Made by a program: the position numbers and the translations under genes
In this document: piece by piece, positions 26,095-35,822 of the stretch
Layout: each line of letters begins with the position of its first letter
How positions within the stretch are numbered: position 1 is the stretch's first letter
Sequence record: OZ335957.1
Source: a phage
Reading direction: 5' to 3' (one strand)
Length of the DNA stretch: 40,153 bases
Notes under the pieces: generated by a model
Told to the model about the DNA's origin: nothing
What the model saw: only the letters and a program-made list of their open reading frames with translations
The model's database searches: none

Positions 26095-28452
26095 ATGCCA
26101 CTAATTACTCAATCAATCAAGAACCTTAAAGGTGGTATTAGCCAGCAGCCAGACATACTGAGGTTCTCAGACCAAGGCGAGGCACAGGTTAACTGCTGGT
26201 CATCCGAGAGTGATGGCCTCCAGAAGCGCCCACCTACAGTCTTCAAGAGACGTCTTAACATCGACGTTGGGAGTAACCCTAAGTTCCACCTGATTAACCG
26301 TGACGAGCATGAGCAGTATTACATCGTGTTCAATGGGTCCAACATTCAGGTAGTGGACTTGAGTGGTAATCAATACTCAGTTTCCGGTGCGGTAGATTAC
26401 GTTAAGTCCTCCAACCCACGAGATGACATCCGTGTCGTTACCGTTGCAGACTATACGTTCATCGTGAACCGTAAGGTTGTCGTTAAAGGTGGAAGCGAGA
26501 AGTCACACTCTGGTTATAATCGTAAAGCACGTGCTTTAATTAACCTGCGTGGTGGACAGTATGGTCGCACCCTTAAGGTAGGAATCAACGGAGGAGTTAA
26601 GGTTTCGCATAAGTTGCCAGCAGGTAATGATGCCGAGAATGACCCTCCTAAGGTTGATGCTCAGGCTATCGGTGCAGCTCTAAGAGACCTTCTTGTTGCT
26701 GCTTACCCTACCTTCACGTTCGACCTTGGGTCTGGATTCCTGTTAATCACTGCCCCTTCAGGTACTGACATTAACTCAGTGGAGACGGAGGATGGATACG
26801 CTAACCAGCTAATCAGCCCAGTCCTCGACACGGTGCAAACAATCTCTAAGTTGCCTCTTGCAGCTCCAAATGGGTACATCATTAAGATTCAAGGTGAGAC
26901 CAACAGTAGCGCCGATGAATATTACGTGATGTATGACTCCAACACTAAGACGTGGAAGGAGACAGTAGAGCCGGGAGTTGTCACTGGGTTCGATAACACC
27001 ACAATGCCACACGCTCTGGTACGACAATCTGATGGCTCCTTTGAGTTCAAGGCTCTGGACTGGTCTAAGCGTGGTGCTGGTAATGATGACACAAACCCTA
27101 TGCCTAGCTTCGTGGATGCTACGATTAACGATGTGTTCTTCTACAGGAACAGGCTAGGGTTCTTGTCAGGCGAGAACGTAATCATGAGCCGTTCAGCCAG
27201 CTACTTTGCGTTCTTCCCTAAGAGTGTGGCGACACTGAGTGATGATGACCCTATTGATGTAGCTGTAAGTCACCCTCGAATCTCAATCCTTAAGTATGCC
27301 GTTCCGTTTAGCGAGCAGCTACTACTTTGGTCGGATGAGGTTCAGTTCGTGATGACAAGCTCTGGTGTCCTTACCTCGAAGTCTATCCAGCTTGATGTAG
27401 GCTCAGAGTTTGCCTTAGGAGATAATGCCCGACCGTTCGCTGTAGGACGCTCAGTCTTCTTCTCAGCGCCTCGTGGGTCATTCACCAGCATTAAGCGATA
27501 CTTCGCTGTAGCAGATGTGTCTGACGTGAAGGATGCCGATGATACCACAGGCCACGTACTGTCCTATATTCCTAACGGGGTGTTTGATATTCAAGGTACA
27601 GGGACTGAGAACTACATCTGCGTCAACTCTACAGGTGCATACAACCGAATCTACCTCTACAAGTTCTTGTTTAAGGACGGAGTACAGCTTCAAGCCTCTT
27701 GGTCTCACTGGGAGTTCCCTAAAGCTGATAAGATTCTGGCGTCTGCGTCGATTGGCTCTACCATGTTCATTGTTCGTCAGCACCAAGGCGGCGTGGACCT
27801 TGAGCACCTTAAGTTCATCAAGGAGGCAACTGACTTTCCGTCAGAGCCGTATAGACTCCACGTTGACTCCAAGGTGTCTATGGTCATCCCAATTGGCTCG
27901 TTTAATGCTGACACATATAAGACTACGGTTGACATTGGTGCTGCTTATGGTGGTAATGCTCCGTCTCCCGGTCGGTACTATCTGATTGACAGTCAGGGTG
28001 CTTATTTGGACCTTGGGGACTTGACCAGTATCTCTACTGTGATTACCCTCAACGGCGATTGGTCAGGACGTACAGTGTTCATCGGGCGGTCCTATCTGAT
28101 GTCCTACAAGTTCTCACGGTTCCTGATTAAGATTGAAGATGATAGTGGCACTCAGTCTGAAGACACTGGTCGTCTACAGCTTCGTCGGGCTTGGGTCAAC
28201 TACAAGGACACTGGCGCTCTGAGGCTCATTGTCAGAAACGGTGAGCGAGAGTTCGTTAACACCTTTAATGGGTACACCCTTGGTCAGCAAACCATAGGGA
28301 CTACTAACATTGGTGACGGGCAGTATCGCTTCGCTATGAATGGTAACGCATTAACCACGAGTCTAACCTTAGAGTCCGACTATCCTACCCCAGTGTCAAT
28401 CGTTGGATGTGGCTGGGAGGCGTCATACGCTAAGAAAGCTCGTTCCGTCTAA
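26095..28452 (+). CDS. 12: Tail tubular protein B (T7 gp12-like)
   Basis: 785 aa; MPLITQSIKNLKGGISQQPDILR start typical of gp12; position. Confidence 0.95.
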   Translation: MPLITQSIKNLKGGISQQPDILRFSDQGEAQVNCWSSESDGLQKRPPTVFKRRLNIDVGSNPKFHLINRDEHEQYYIVFNGSNIQVVDLSGNQYSVSGAVDYVKSSNPRDDIRVVTVADYTFIVNRKVVVKGGSEKSHSGYNRKARALINLRGGQYGRTLKVGINGGVKVSHKLPAGNDAENDPPKVDAQAIGAALRDLLVAAYPTFTFDLGSGFLLITAPSGTDINSVETEDGYANQLISPVLDTVQTISKLPLAAPNGYIIKIQGETNSSADEYYVMYDSNTKTWKETVEPGVVTGFDNTTMPHALVRQSDGSFEFKALDWSKRGAGNDDTNPMPSFVDATINDVFFYRNRLGFLSGENVIMSRSASYFAFFPKSVATLSDDDPIDVAVSHPRISILKYAVPFSEQLLLWSDEVQFVMTSSGVLTSKSIQLDVGSEFALGDNARPFAVGRSVFFSAPRGSFTSIKRYFAVADVSDVKDADDTTGHVLSYIPNGVFDIQGTGTENYICVNSTGAYNRIYLYKFLFKDGVQLQASWSHWEFPKADKILASASIGSTMFIVRQHQGGVDLEHLKFIKEATDFPSEPYRLHVDSKVSMVIPIGSFNADTYKTTVDIGAAYGGNAPSPGRYYLIDSQGAYLDLGDLTSISTVITLNGDWSGRTVFIGRSYLMSYKFSRFLIKIEDDSGTQSEDTGRLQLRRAWVNYKDTGALRLIVRNGEREFVNTFNGYTLGQQTIGTTNIGDGQYRFAMNGNALTTSLTLESDYPTPVSIVGCGWEASYAKKARSV

Positions 28453-28476
28453 CTTATTGAAGGGCCTATAGATTTA

Positions 28477-28499
28477 CCTTAACTATCACTATAGGGACT
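28477..28499 (+). promoter_or_regulatory. Phage RNAP promoter (phi13-like), +1 G at 28494, bracketed by an 11-bp perfect inverted repeat
   Basis: CCTTAACTATCACTATA GGGACT; AGGGCCTATAG (28461-28471) / CTATAGGCCCT (28497-28507). Confidence 0.8.
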
Positions 28500-28528
28500 A
28501 TAGGCCCTTAAGGTTATAAGGAGACTTT

Positions 28529-28999
28529 ATGTATATTCGCAAGGCTACGGAACCAGATGTCCACTACTTTCTGTGGCATCTTTCAGCAGATGATGTTAAT
28601 GAGTGCAAAGCAAACTATGGGTCAACCGTTGGTATCTCTGAAAGACTGCTTAAGCACCTATCTCCGTCATCTGTGGTTTTAACGAACGGTGTAGGCGAAG
28701 TGTTTGCCTATGGTGGAAACCAAGGGGATAACGTATGGTTCTTGACTTCCGGTCTTGTCTATAAGCTGAGACCTAAAGAGAAGCGAGAGTTCATGAAGCG
28801 TATCTCTGAGTACAGGGACTTAATGTTAGACCAATACGGGACCATCTGGAACTACGTGTGGTCAGGCAATAAGTCTCACATTAAATTCTTGAAGTTGCTT
28901 GGGGCTAAATTCCATGATGATTGGACTGTAAGCCCAGTAACTGGTGAGCGTTTTCAACTATTCACTATCTCTAAGGAGGACGTATGTGCGAGCCAGTAA
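28529..28999 (+). CDS. 13: Internal virion / head assembly protein (gp13 position)
   Basis: 156 aa; synteny between tail tube B and gp14; RBS AAGGAG. Confidence 0.7.
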   Translation: MYIRKATEPDVHYFLWHLSADDVNECKANYGSTVGISERLLKHLSPSSVVLTNGVGEVFAYGGNQGDNVWFLTSGLVYKLRPKEKREFMKRISEYRDLMLDQYGTIWNYVWSGNKSHIKFLKLLGAKFHDDWTVSPVTGERFQLFTISKEDVCASQ

Positions 29000-29571
29000 G
29001 TATCGGCATGGGTATTATGGCTGTAGCTGGTGCCACTATGTCCGCATCACAACAGGCCAAGGCTGAAGGAGCAGCAATTGACGCTCAGAACCGTCAGGCT
29101 CAGGAGATGGTTAAGCAGATGAACTACTCTGACGCCAACCTGAGGATGCAGGAGCGAGACCTGAAGGAGCAGCAGATGGCTGAACTGACAGAGACCACTC
29201 TAAACGGTATCCGCAATCAGGGTATGGTACGAGCTGCGGTGGCTGAGTCAGGTCTGGAGGGTAACTCTATGGACAGGATTGAACGTCAGGTCGCAGGAGA
29301 TACCGTCAAGGAGCGAGCAGGGATTACCGAAAGCTACAACCGTGACTATGCGGCTATCTTCGGGAACCGTATCGCCAACATTGAGAATACCAAGTCTGCT
29401 ATCCGTGGTCAGGGTAAAATCATCAAGACCAGCCCACTGGCTCATGCACTTAATGTTGCTAACGCCGGGATGCAGGGGTACGCTGCTGGTAAGTCAATAT
29501 CTGGGGCATCAAGCTCTGGTGGTGCTGCACCGATTAGTGCTGCTAAAGGCACACCTACAAGTCATAGCTAA
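28984..29571 (+). CDS. 14: Internal virion protein B (T7 gp14-like)
   Basis: 195 aa; QQAKAEG...Q.....NYSDANL....R..L.E..........GSMDRI pattern matches T7 gp14. Confidence 0.9.
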   Translation: MCEPVSIGMGIMAVAGATMSASQQAKAEGAAIDAQNRQAQEMVKQMNYSDANLRMQERDLKEQQMAELTETTLNGIRNQGMVRAAVAESGLEGNSMDRIERQVAGDTVKERAGITESYNRDYAAIFGNRIANIENTKSAIRGQGKIIKTSPLAHALNVANAGMQGYAAGKSISGASSSGGAAPISAAKGTPTSHS

Positions 29572-29582
29572 GAGGAGGACTA

Positions 29583-31865
29583 ATGGCTAGTAATATTGAA
29601 TCAGCTCTGGCTAATCGGACTATGGGTCGTGGCAGAGCGCCGGGTAAAACCATCGCCGTCAACTATCAAGCAGCCAGCGTTCAGGCTCCGACTGGTGACT
29701 CCGGTCTTGCTCGTGCGTTAACCAACTTCGTTGAGTCTGGGACTGGATTGTACAAGCAGTTCAAGGACGAGGAGAAGACCAGAGCTGACGAGCGGTCTAA
29801 CGAGATTATCCGTAAGCTGACACCTCAGCAAAGACGTGAGGCTATCCAGAACGGCACATTGCTGTATCAGGATGACCCTTACGCTATGGAAGCACTTCGA
29901 GTCAAGACAGGTCGTAACGCTGCCTTTGCGGTGGATGACGAGATTAACGTTAAGATTCAGAACGGTGAGTTCCGTACACGTCAGGACATGGAAGAGTATC
30001 GACACCAGCGACTTCAGGACGCCGCTAAGTCCTATGCTGAAGAGGCGGGTATTAACCCTACAGACGAGTTCTTCCAGCGTGGGTTCAACGATAACATCAC
30101 AGACCGCAACATCGCTATCTATGGGTCTTTCAATAAGTATTTCAGTAAGCAGTCTGAAGAGACAGCAATGTTGAATACTCGTATTGAGATGAACTCATTC
30201 CTGAACGATGGCGACCTGATGCGTTCACCTGAGTCTGGCAAGACCTTCATGGCCTACCTTCGTGATGGACTAACTACTGCTGCTATCCCTTCGGACCAGC
30301 GAGCACGGGAGGTAATTACCCAGACGGTCCGTGACGCAATCCAGAAGTCAGGCGGCTCCAACTTCCTACAGCAAGTACGAGGCGAGCGAATCACCCTTAA
30401 CGGTGTGGATGCTACAGTCGAAGAGATTGTAGGACCTGATGTCTTCAACGCTGCTATTGTTGAGGCGCAAGGAACTGAGTACAAGCTGGTGGCTAAGTAT
30501 CAGGAAGACTTATCGTTAGGCGTTCAGTCTGCGATTCTTCAGGACGACCCAACCATCGGTCTGGCCCAGATTCAGAAACTCAAGGAGCAGAACAACCTGC
30601 TTCAGCCGGGTGAAGAACTCACTCCTCAGCGTCAGATGCTTATTAATGCCGAAGCCAGCTTACTGGAAGCGGTCAAGCGTAAGTCCGCTGAACAGGCGAA
30701 GGAGAACACTACGTTAATCCAGACTCAGAACAAGCAACTGGTCATCGACCAAGTGTATCAGCGACGTCTGGCTGGGGACAACGTGTCCACCAACTATGAG
30801 GACCTTCCGGTATCAGATGCTACAGGCGAGTTCAAGCGTTCGGACATGAACAACTATGCGTCTGCCAAGCTACAGCAGATTGACCAGATGGACATCCCTG
30901 AGGCTGCTAAAGACGCACAGAAGGTGGCATTGTTAAGGGCTGACACTAACAATGGTCCGTTCCGTAATGCCTTCCAGACGCTGACTCAGGACGCTGCTAG
31001 CGAGTGGCAAGCTGCGGTCATCCGTGGGCAGTACGACCCAGACAAGATGCAACGCTTCGAGTCTCTTCGTCGTGCCTACACTCAGGACCCTTCAAGTTTT
31101 GCTGCTCTATATCCTGACCAATCTCAGTTGTTCTCTACGTTCGACCAGATGGACAAGATGGGTCTGGACCCTCAGACGATGATTGAAGCTGATAAGCAAG
31201 CTGCAAGTCAAAGCCGTGAGATGCGCATGGAGTCAGACAAGGCGTGGCAGGAGTTGAAGAACGACTCTCGGAATAAGGACCTTTCGCGTCTTCCTACGTC
31301 TCTGGACTCAAGTGCTCGTAAGGTCTGGGACTCATGGTACTATCGTACAGGTAACGCTGACGCTGCAACGCAGCAGACTCAACGCTGGCTGAATGAGAAC
31401 ACCGTAACGTTCCAATCTGAAGGTTCGGACGGTAAGTCCATCGGCATGGTGTCCAAACACCAGCTTATGGTCGGGGATAACCCAGAGTCGTGGCAGGTGG
31501 GTCGAGACATTATCGACACAGCTCGTCAGCAGCTCATTAAGGCCCACCCTTGGGTAGTGAACTCTCAGTTGTCCGTTGTTGAACAGAACGGCTCTATCTT
31601 CCTCCAAGACGCTACGGGGACTATTCGTATTCGCTACGATAAAGAACTTGTAGGTAAACTCTACCGCGAACAACAGCAGAAGGCACAAGATGCCGCATAT
31701 GCTCAGGCAGAACGTGACGCTAACAAGCGAGCGCGTATCGTCGGGACTAAAGCTGCTGGTGACAAACGTCGAGCTGACCGAGAGGCCAACATCGAGAAGC
31801 GTGGTGGGATGTACAATGACGTCTCACTGGAGGGTATCGCAAACGTACTAATCGGTAAGGAGTAA
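29583..31865 (+). CDS. 15: Internal virion (core) protein C (T7 gp15-like)
   Basis: 760 aa; ADERSNEIIRKLTPQQRREAIQNGTLLYQDDPYAMEALRVKTGRNAA nearly identical to T7 gp15 segment. Confidence 0.92.
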   Translation: MASNIESALANRTMGRGRAPGKTIAVNYQAASVQAPTGDSGLARALTNFVESGTGLYKQFKDEEKTRADERSNEIIRKLTPQQRREAIQNGTLLYQDDPYAMEALRVKTGRNAAFAVDDEINVKIQNGEFRTRQDMEEYRHQRLQDAAKSYAEEAGINPTDEFFQRGFNDNITDRNIAIYGSFNKYFSKQSEETAMLNTRIEMNSFLNDGDLMRSPESGKTFMAYLRDGLTTAAIPSDQRAREVITQTVRDAIQKSGGSNFLQQVRGERITLNGVDATVEEIVGPDVFNAAIVEAQGTEYKLVAKYQEDLSLGVQSAILQDDPTIGLAQIQKLKEQNNLLQPGEELTPQRQMLINAEASLLEAVKRKSAEQAKENTTLIQTQNKQLVIDQVYQRRLAGDNVSTNYEDLPVSDATGEFKRSDMNNYASAKLQQIDQMDIPEAAKDAQKVALLRADTNNGPFRNAFQTLTQDAASEWQAAVIRGQYDPDKMQRFESLRRAYTQDPSSFAALYPDQSQLFSTFDQMDKMGLDPQTMIEADKQAASQSREMRMESDKAWQELKNDSRNKDLSRLPTSLDSSARKVWDSWYYRTGNADAATQQTQRWLNENTVTFQSEGSDGKSIGMVSKHQLMVGDNPESWQVGRDIIDTARQQLIKAHPWVVNSQLSVVEQNGSIFLQDATGTIRIRYDKELVGKLYREQQQKAQDAAYAQAERDANKRARIVGTKAAGDKRRADREANIEKRGGMYNDVSLEGIANVLIGKE

Positions 31866-31869
31866 CATA

Positions 31870-34800
31870 ATGGCGACTCGTGGTATTCGCAATAACAATC
31901 CGGGTAACATCCGGGTAAGTAAGGACAAATGGGAAGGAATGACTGGAGATGATGGCGCATTCGTCACCTTCGATAGTCCAGAGTCTGGCGTCCGAGCTTT
32001 AGGTAAAAACCTGCTGTCCTACGGTCGCCAAGGTTATGACTCCATCGAGAAGATTATAAACCGATGGGCACCTCCTAACGAGAACGACACTAAGGCTTAT
32101 ATCGACTCAGTGGTGGCTGCAACTGGTATTCCAGCTACCCAGAGTCTCGACCTATCGGACCCTGACACCCTGTCTTCTCTTGCTCAAGCTATCAGCTTCC
32201 ATGAGACAGGCTCCCGGTACGACCCTGAAGTCTATCAGAAGGGAGTCGCACGAGCACTCAATGGCATTAGCCCAAAGACTCCACCAGTAAGCGCTAACGT
32301 ATTTGACGCACTCACGGAAGGACTCAAGGCTAAACCTAAAGTAGCTCTGGGCGAGAACCTTCCGACCGCTGCTGGTCTAAACATTGAGGGTCAAGCACCT
32401 GAAGCTCCCAACGAATCGTTCGGTGAGATGTTCTATAAGTCTACTGGCGAGACCATGCAGGAACGAGAGGATCGCTCTACGTGGTTCGGTTTCGGCTCGG
32501 CTACAGAAGCTGAAGTGAAGAACTCTATGGTCGGCGTGGCTATCCGCGCTGGTCAGACCGAGGACTCACTTGATGTCATTGGCGATGTGTTCAACCCTAC
32601 CCGCTGGAACAACCATAAGTGGACTCGTGAAGAGCTTGACCAGATTCGTAACGCTGGGGTTCTGCCTCAGTATTACGGAGTAATTACTGGCGGTTCTCCT
32701 CAGAATCTGACAGAGCTGATCAACTTGGCGTTGGAGAACCAGAAGTTGGACCAAGAGAAGGCCAAGGCTGGGACTGGTGCTAAGTTAGCTGCTGGTGTGA
32801 TTGGCGCTGGTGTGGATCCTCTGACCTACGTTCCTATAGCTGGACAGATTGGTAAGGGTGGCAAGCTGGTCAACAAGATGTTCACCGTGGCTGCTCAATC
32901 TGGAGCACTTGCTGGTGTATCAGAGATGTCCCGTACCTCAGTGGCTGGTGGTGATGCTCATGTGGCTGAGGCTATCCTTGGCGGTGCTCTCTTCGGCGGA
33001 GGTATGACTGCTATCGCTGATGGTTTAGGCAGAGCCTTAGGTCGCAACACTAATGAGTTCGCTGGCCCAGCTACACGTCTGGAAGCTCGTGAGACCGCTC
33101 GTAACATTGATGGTCAGGACCTGTCTCGTCTCCCTATTCAGGAAGGTGAGCAGACCTTTAGTCATCAAGGCGTTAAGTTCGCCGACGTTCCGAATGAGCC
33201 TGGTAGTGTGCGGCTGGAGGATGGTTCAATCCTGATTGGTGAGAACCCTCTGAACCCTAAGACACGTAAGGTCTTTGACGAAGTGATTGAGCCTGAACGG
33301 GCCGCTGCTGGTGTGAACCTTGGTGGTCTGACTGAGATTGGCCTGAAGCTGCTTCGGTCTGAGAACCCTGAGATTCGTGGAGTAGCTGCTGACTTAGTGC
33401 GTTCACCGACTGGTATGCAGTCTGGGGCCTCAGGTAAAATCGGGACCACTGCGTCTGACGTATTCGAGAGACTTCGTGCTGTGGACCATCGGTTCTACAA
33501 TGACATCGACGATGCGGTTACTGAGGCCCTAAAGGACCCGTACTTCCAGACAGCATTCTGGCGAGACTCTGGAGCATTCCGTCAGGACATCTACCAGCGT
33601 GTGTCTATGGCTATCGAAGATGGTAGCGGAAACCTGAAGGCTGAACTGACTCCGGGAGAACTGAAAGTCTATGACCTGCTGAAGAACCAGTTTGACGCCA
33701 AGCGTGAGATGATGGAGAACCCGGCTATGTTTGGTCGTCCAGACGCTCAGTCTATCTTTCCGGGCAGCCGCTTCAAGGGAACCTACGTCCCGCATGTGTA
33801 TAGCAACCAGATGAAGGAGCTGTACATCAAGGAGCTTGGGAGTCCAGAGGCACTACAGGAGGCCATCAAGAAGTCATGGTTGACCAGCTATGCGTCTCGA
33901 CCTGAGGTCAAGAAACGTGTGGACGAGGCACTCTTAGAGGCTGACCCTACGTTGACTCCAGAAGGACTTGCGGCTGCGGTCGATAAGTACGCCAACGATA
34001 AGGCTTATGGTATCTCTCACACCGAGCAGTTCGAGCGTTCATCCGTAATGGAAGAGAACATCAATGGTCTGGTGGGTCTGGAGAACAACAGCTTCCTTGA
34101 GGCTCGTAACCTGTTCGATAGCGATATGTCAATCGTCCTACCTAACGGTCAGACCTTCAGTGTCAACAACCTGCGTGAGTGGGACATGGACAAGATTGTC
34201 CCGGCCTACAACCGTCGAGTTAATGGCGATATTGCTATCATGGCTGGTACAGGCAAGACCACGAAGGACATGAAGGACTTGGTTGAGACCATGATGAACA
34301 AGGCTGGGGATGACGGTAAGTTGAAAGGTGAAGTATCTACCTTACGTGACACCTTGAAGATTCTAACTGGTCGTGCTCGACGTGATGGTGCTGATGATGC
34401 AGCCTTCGCTACCGTGATGCGCACAATGACAGACCTATCGTTCTTCGCTAAGAATGCCTACATGGGTGTTCAGAACTTAACGGAGATTGGTGGAATGCTG
34501 GCTCGTGGCAACGTTCGTGCAATGCTGCATGGAGTCCCAATTTTCCGTGACCTAGCCTTCCGTAACAAGAAGGTTGGGGCCTCAGAGATTAAGGACCTGC
34601 ACAATGTTATCTTCGGTAAGGAACTGGATGACTCAATCCGTCCGTCTAAACAGGATGTCATTGACCGTCTGCGATCTTACAGTGACCTCGGTCGTGGTAC
34701 AGCTACAGCTCTGGGGACTGCCAAGTATTACACTGGCGAACTTGCAGTACGCTCTCCGTTCACTAAAGTCCTCAACGGTACGACCAACTACCTGTTAGAT

Positions 34801-35757
34801 GCTGGACGTCAAGGCTTCCTGTCTGACATCGTGGAGCATAGCCTGACTGGTAGTAAGCGTAAGTTCGATGACCGCTGGCTTAAGACCGCTGGTATCTCTG
34901 ACGAGCAGTGGAAGGGCATTAAGTCCCTCATCCGTGAGTCAGTGACGCGTGGTCCAGACGGGAAGTACACCATCAAGGATAAGAAGGCGTTCAGTCAGGA
35001 CCCAAGGGCTATGGACCTCTGGCGTATGGGTGACACCATCGCTGATGAGACACTGCTCCGTCCCCACAAGCTGAGCAACATGGACGCCAAGGCTTATGGT
35101 CCTCTCGCTAAGACTGTCCTTCAGTTTAAGAACTTCGTTATCAAGTCTATCAACGGTCGAACCATGCGTACCTTCTACAACGCCACCAAGAACAACCGAG
35201 CTATTGATGCTGCACTGTCCACGGTTATGTCTATGGGTCTGGCTGGGATGTACTACATGGCTCAGGCGCACATCAAGGCTTACGCTATGCAGGACGGTCG
35301 TGACCGTGAGTACCTGAAGCAAGCCCTGAACCCGACGATGATTGGCTATGCGGCCCTGTCCCGTAGTTCACATCTAGGTGGACCACTTGGGGTCGCTAAC
35401 ATTCTTGGTGGTATCGCTGGGTATGAGGACACTAAGATGCTCCGTTCGTCTATCCTCCCGCGTTCACCTACAGAGAAGCCCGAACGTGCCATCTCATATG
35501 GTGCGGCTACAAGTGACCCTGTGATGAATGTCGTTGGTAACTTCTTGGAGCAGGTCCCGGCTTTCGGCTATGCTGCTAACGTTGGCGCTTCGGCATACAA
35601 CTTGGCTGGCTACCTCAAGGCTGATACCCGTGTCAACGAGCGAGACTACATGACCGGGATGTATAACACGTTCCGTGAACTTGTACCGAATGACCCGATT
35701 ACCCAGAAGTTGCTGCTTGGGACGTTTGAGGAGCAAGGCATCCACATCAAGGACTAA
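31870..35757 (+). CDS. 16: Internal virion protein D (T7 gp16-like) with divergent N-terminal domain
   Basis: 1295 aa; body collinear with T7 gp16 (PTRWN, VDPLTYVP, RLEARETARN, DLVRSPTGMQSGASGK, VPNDP.TQ); N-terminal 190 aa lack the T7 transglycosylase signature. Confidence 0.93.
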   Translation: MATRGIRNNNPGNIRVSKDKWEGMTGDDGAFVTFDSPESGVRALGKNLLSYGRQGYDSIEKIINRWAPPNENDTKAYIDSVVAATGIPATQSLDLSDPDTLSSLAQAISFHETGSRYDPEVYQKGVARALNGISPKTPPVSANVFDALTEGLKAKPKVALGENLPTAAGLNIEGQAPEAPNESFGEMFYKSTGETMQEREDRSTWFGFGSATEAEVKNSMVGVAIRAGQTEDSLDVIGDVFNPTRWNNHKWTREELDQIRNAGVLPQYYGVITGGSPQNLTELINLALENQKLDQEKAKAGTGAKLAAGVIGAGVDPLTYVPIAGQIGKGGKLVNKMFTVAAQSGALAGVSEMSRTSVAGGDAHVAEAILGGALFGGGMTAIADGLGRALGRNTNEFAGPATRLEARETARNIDGQDLSRLPIQEGEQTFSHQGVKFADVPNEPGSVRLEDGSILIGENPLNPKTRKVFDEVIEPERAAAGVNLGGLTEIGLKLLRSENPEIRGVAADLVRSPTGMQSGASGKIGTTASDVFERLRAVDHRFYNDIDDAVTEALKDPYFQTAFWRDSGAFRQDIYQRVSMAIEDGSGNLKAELTPGELKVYDLLKNQFDAKREMMENPAMFGRPDAQSIFPGSRFKGTYVPHVYSNQMKELYIKELGSPEALQEAIKKSWLTSYASRPEVKKRVDEALLEADPTLTPEGLAAAVDKYANDKAYGISHTEQFERSSVMEENINGLVGLENNSFLEARNLFDSDMSIVLPNGQTFSVNNLREWDMDKIVPAYNRRVNGDIAIMAGTGKTTKDMKDLVETMMNKAGDDGKLKGEVSTLRDTLKILTGRARRDGADDAAFATVMRTMTDLSFFAKNAYMGVQNLTEIGGMLARGNVRAMLHGVPIFRDLAFRNKKVGASEIKDLHNVIFGKELDDSIRPSKQDVIDRLRSYSDLGRGTATALGTAKYYTGELAVRSPFTKVLNGTTNYLLDAGRQGFLSDIVEHSLTGSKRKFDDRWLKTAGISDEQWKGIKSLIRESVTRGPDGKYTIKDKKAFSQDPRAMDLWRMGDTIADETLLRPHKLSNMDAKAYGPLAKTVLQFKNFVIKSINGRTMRTFYNATKNNRAIDAALSTVMSMGLAGMYYMAQAHIKAYAMQDGRDREYLKQALNPTMIGYAALSRSSHLGGPLGVANILGGIAGYEDTKMLRSSILPRSPTEKPERAISYGAATSDPVMNVVGNFLEQVPAFGYAANVGASAYNLAGYLKADTRVNERDYMTGMYNTFRELVPNDPITQKLLLGTFEEQGIHIKD

Positions 35758-35775
35758 ACTATCACTATAGGAAAC
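35753..35775 (+). promoter_or_regulatory. Phage RNAP promoter (phi17-like), +1 G at 35770
   Basis: ACTAAACTATCACTATA GGAAAC; overlaps gp16 stop codon. Confidence 0.8.
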
Positions 35776-35822
35776 GGGAGGCGCTACCATAGGTCTCCCT
35801 TTAATTCATAACAGGAGGCATA

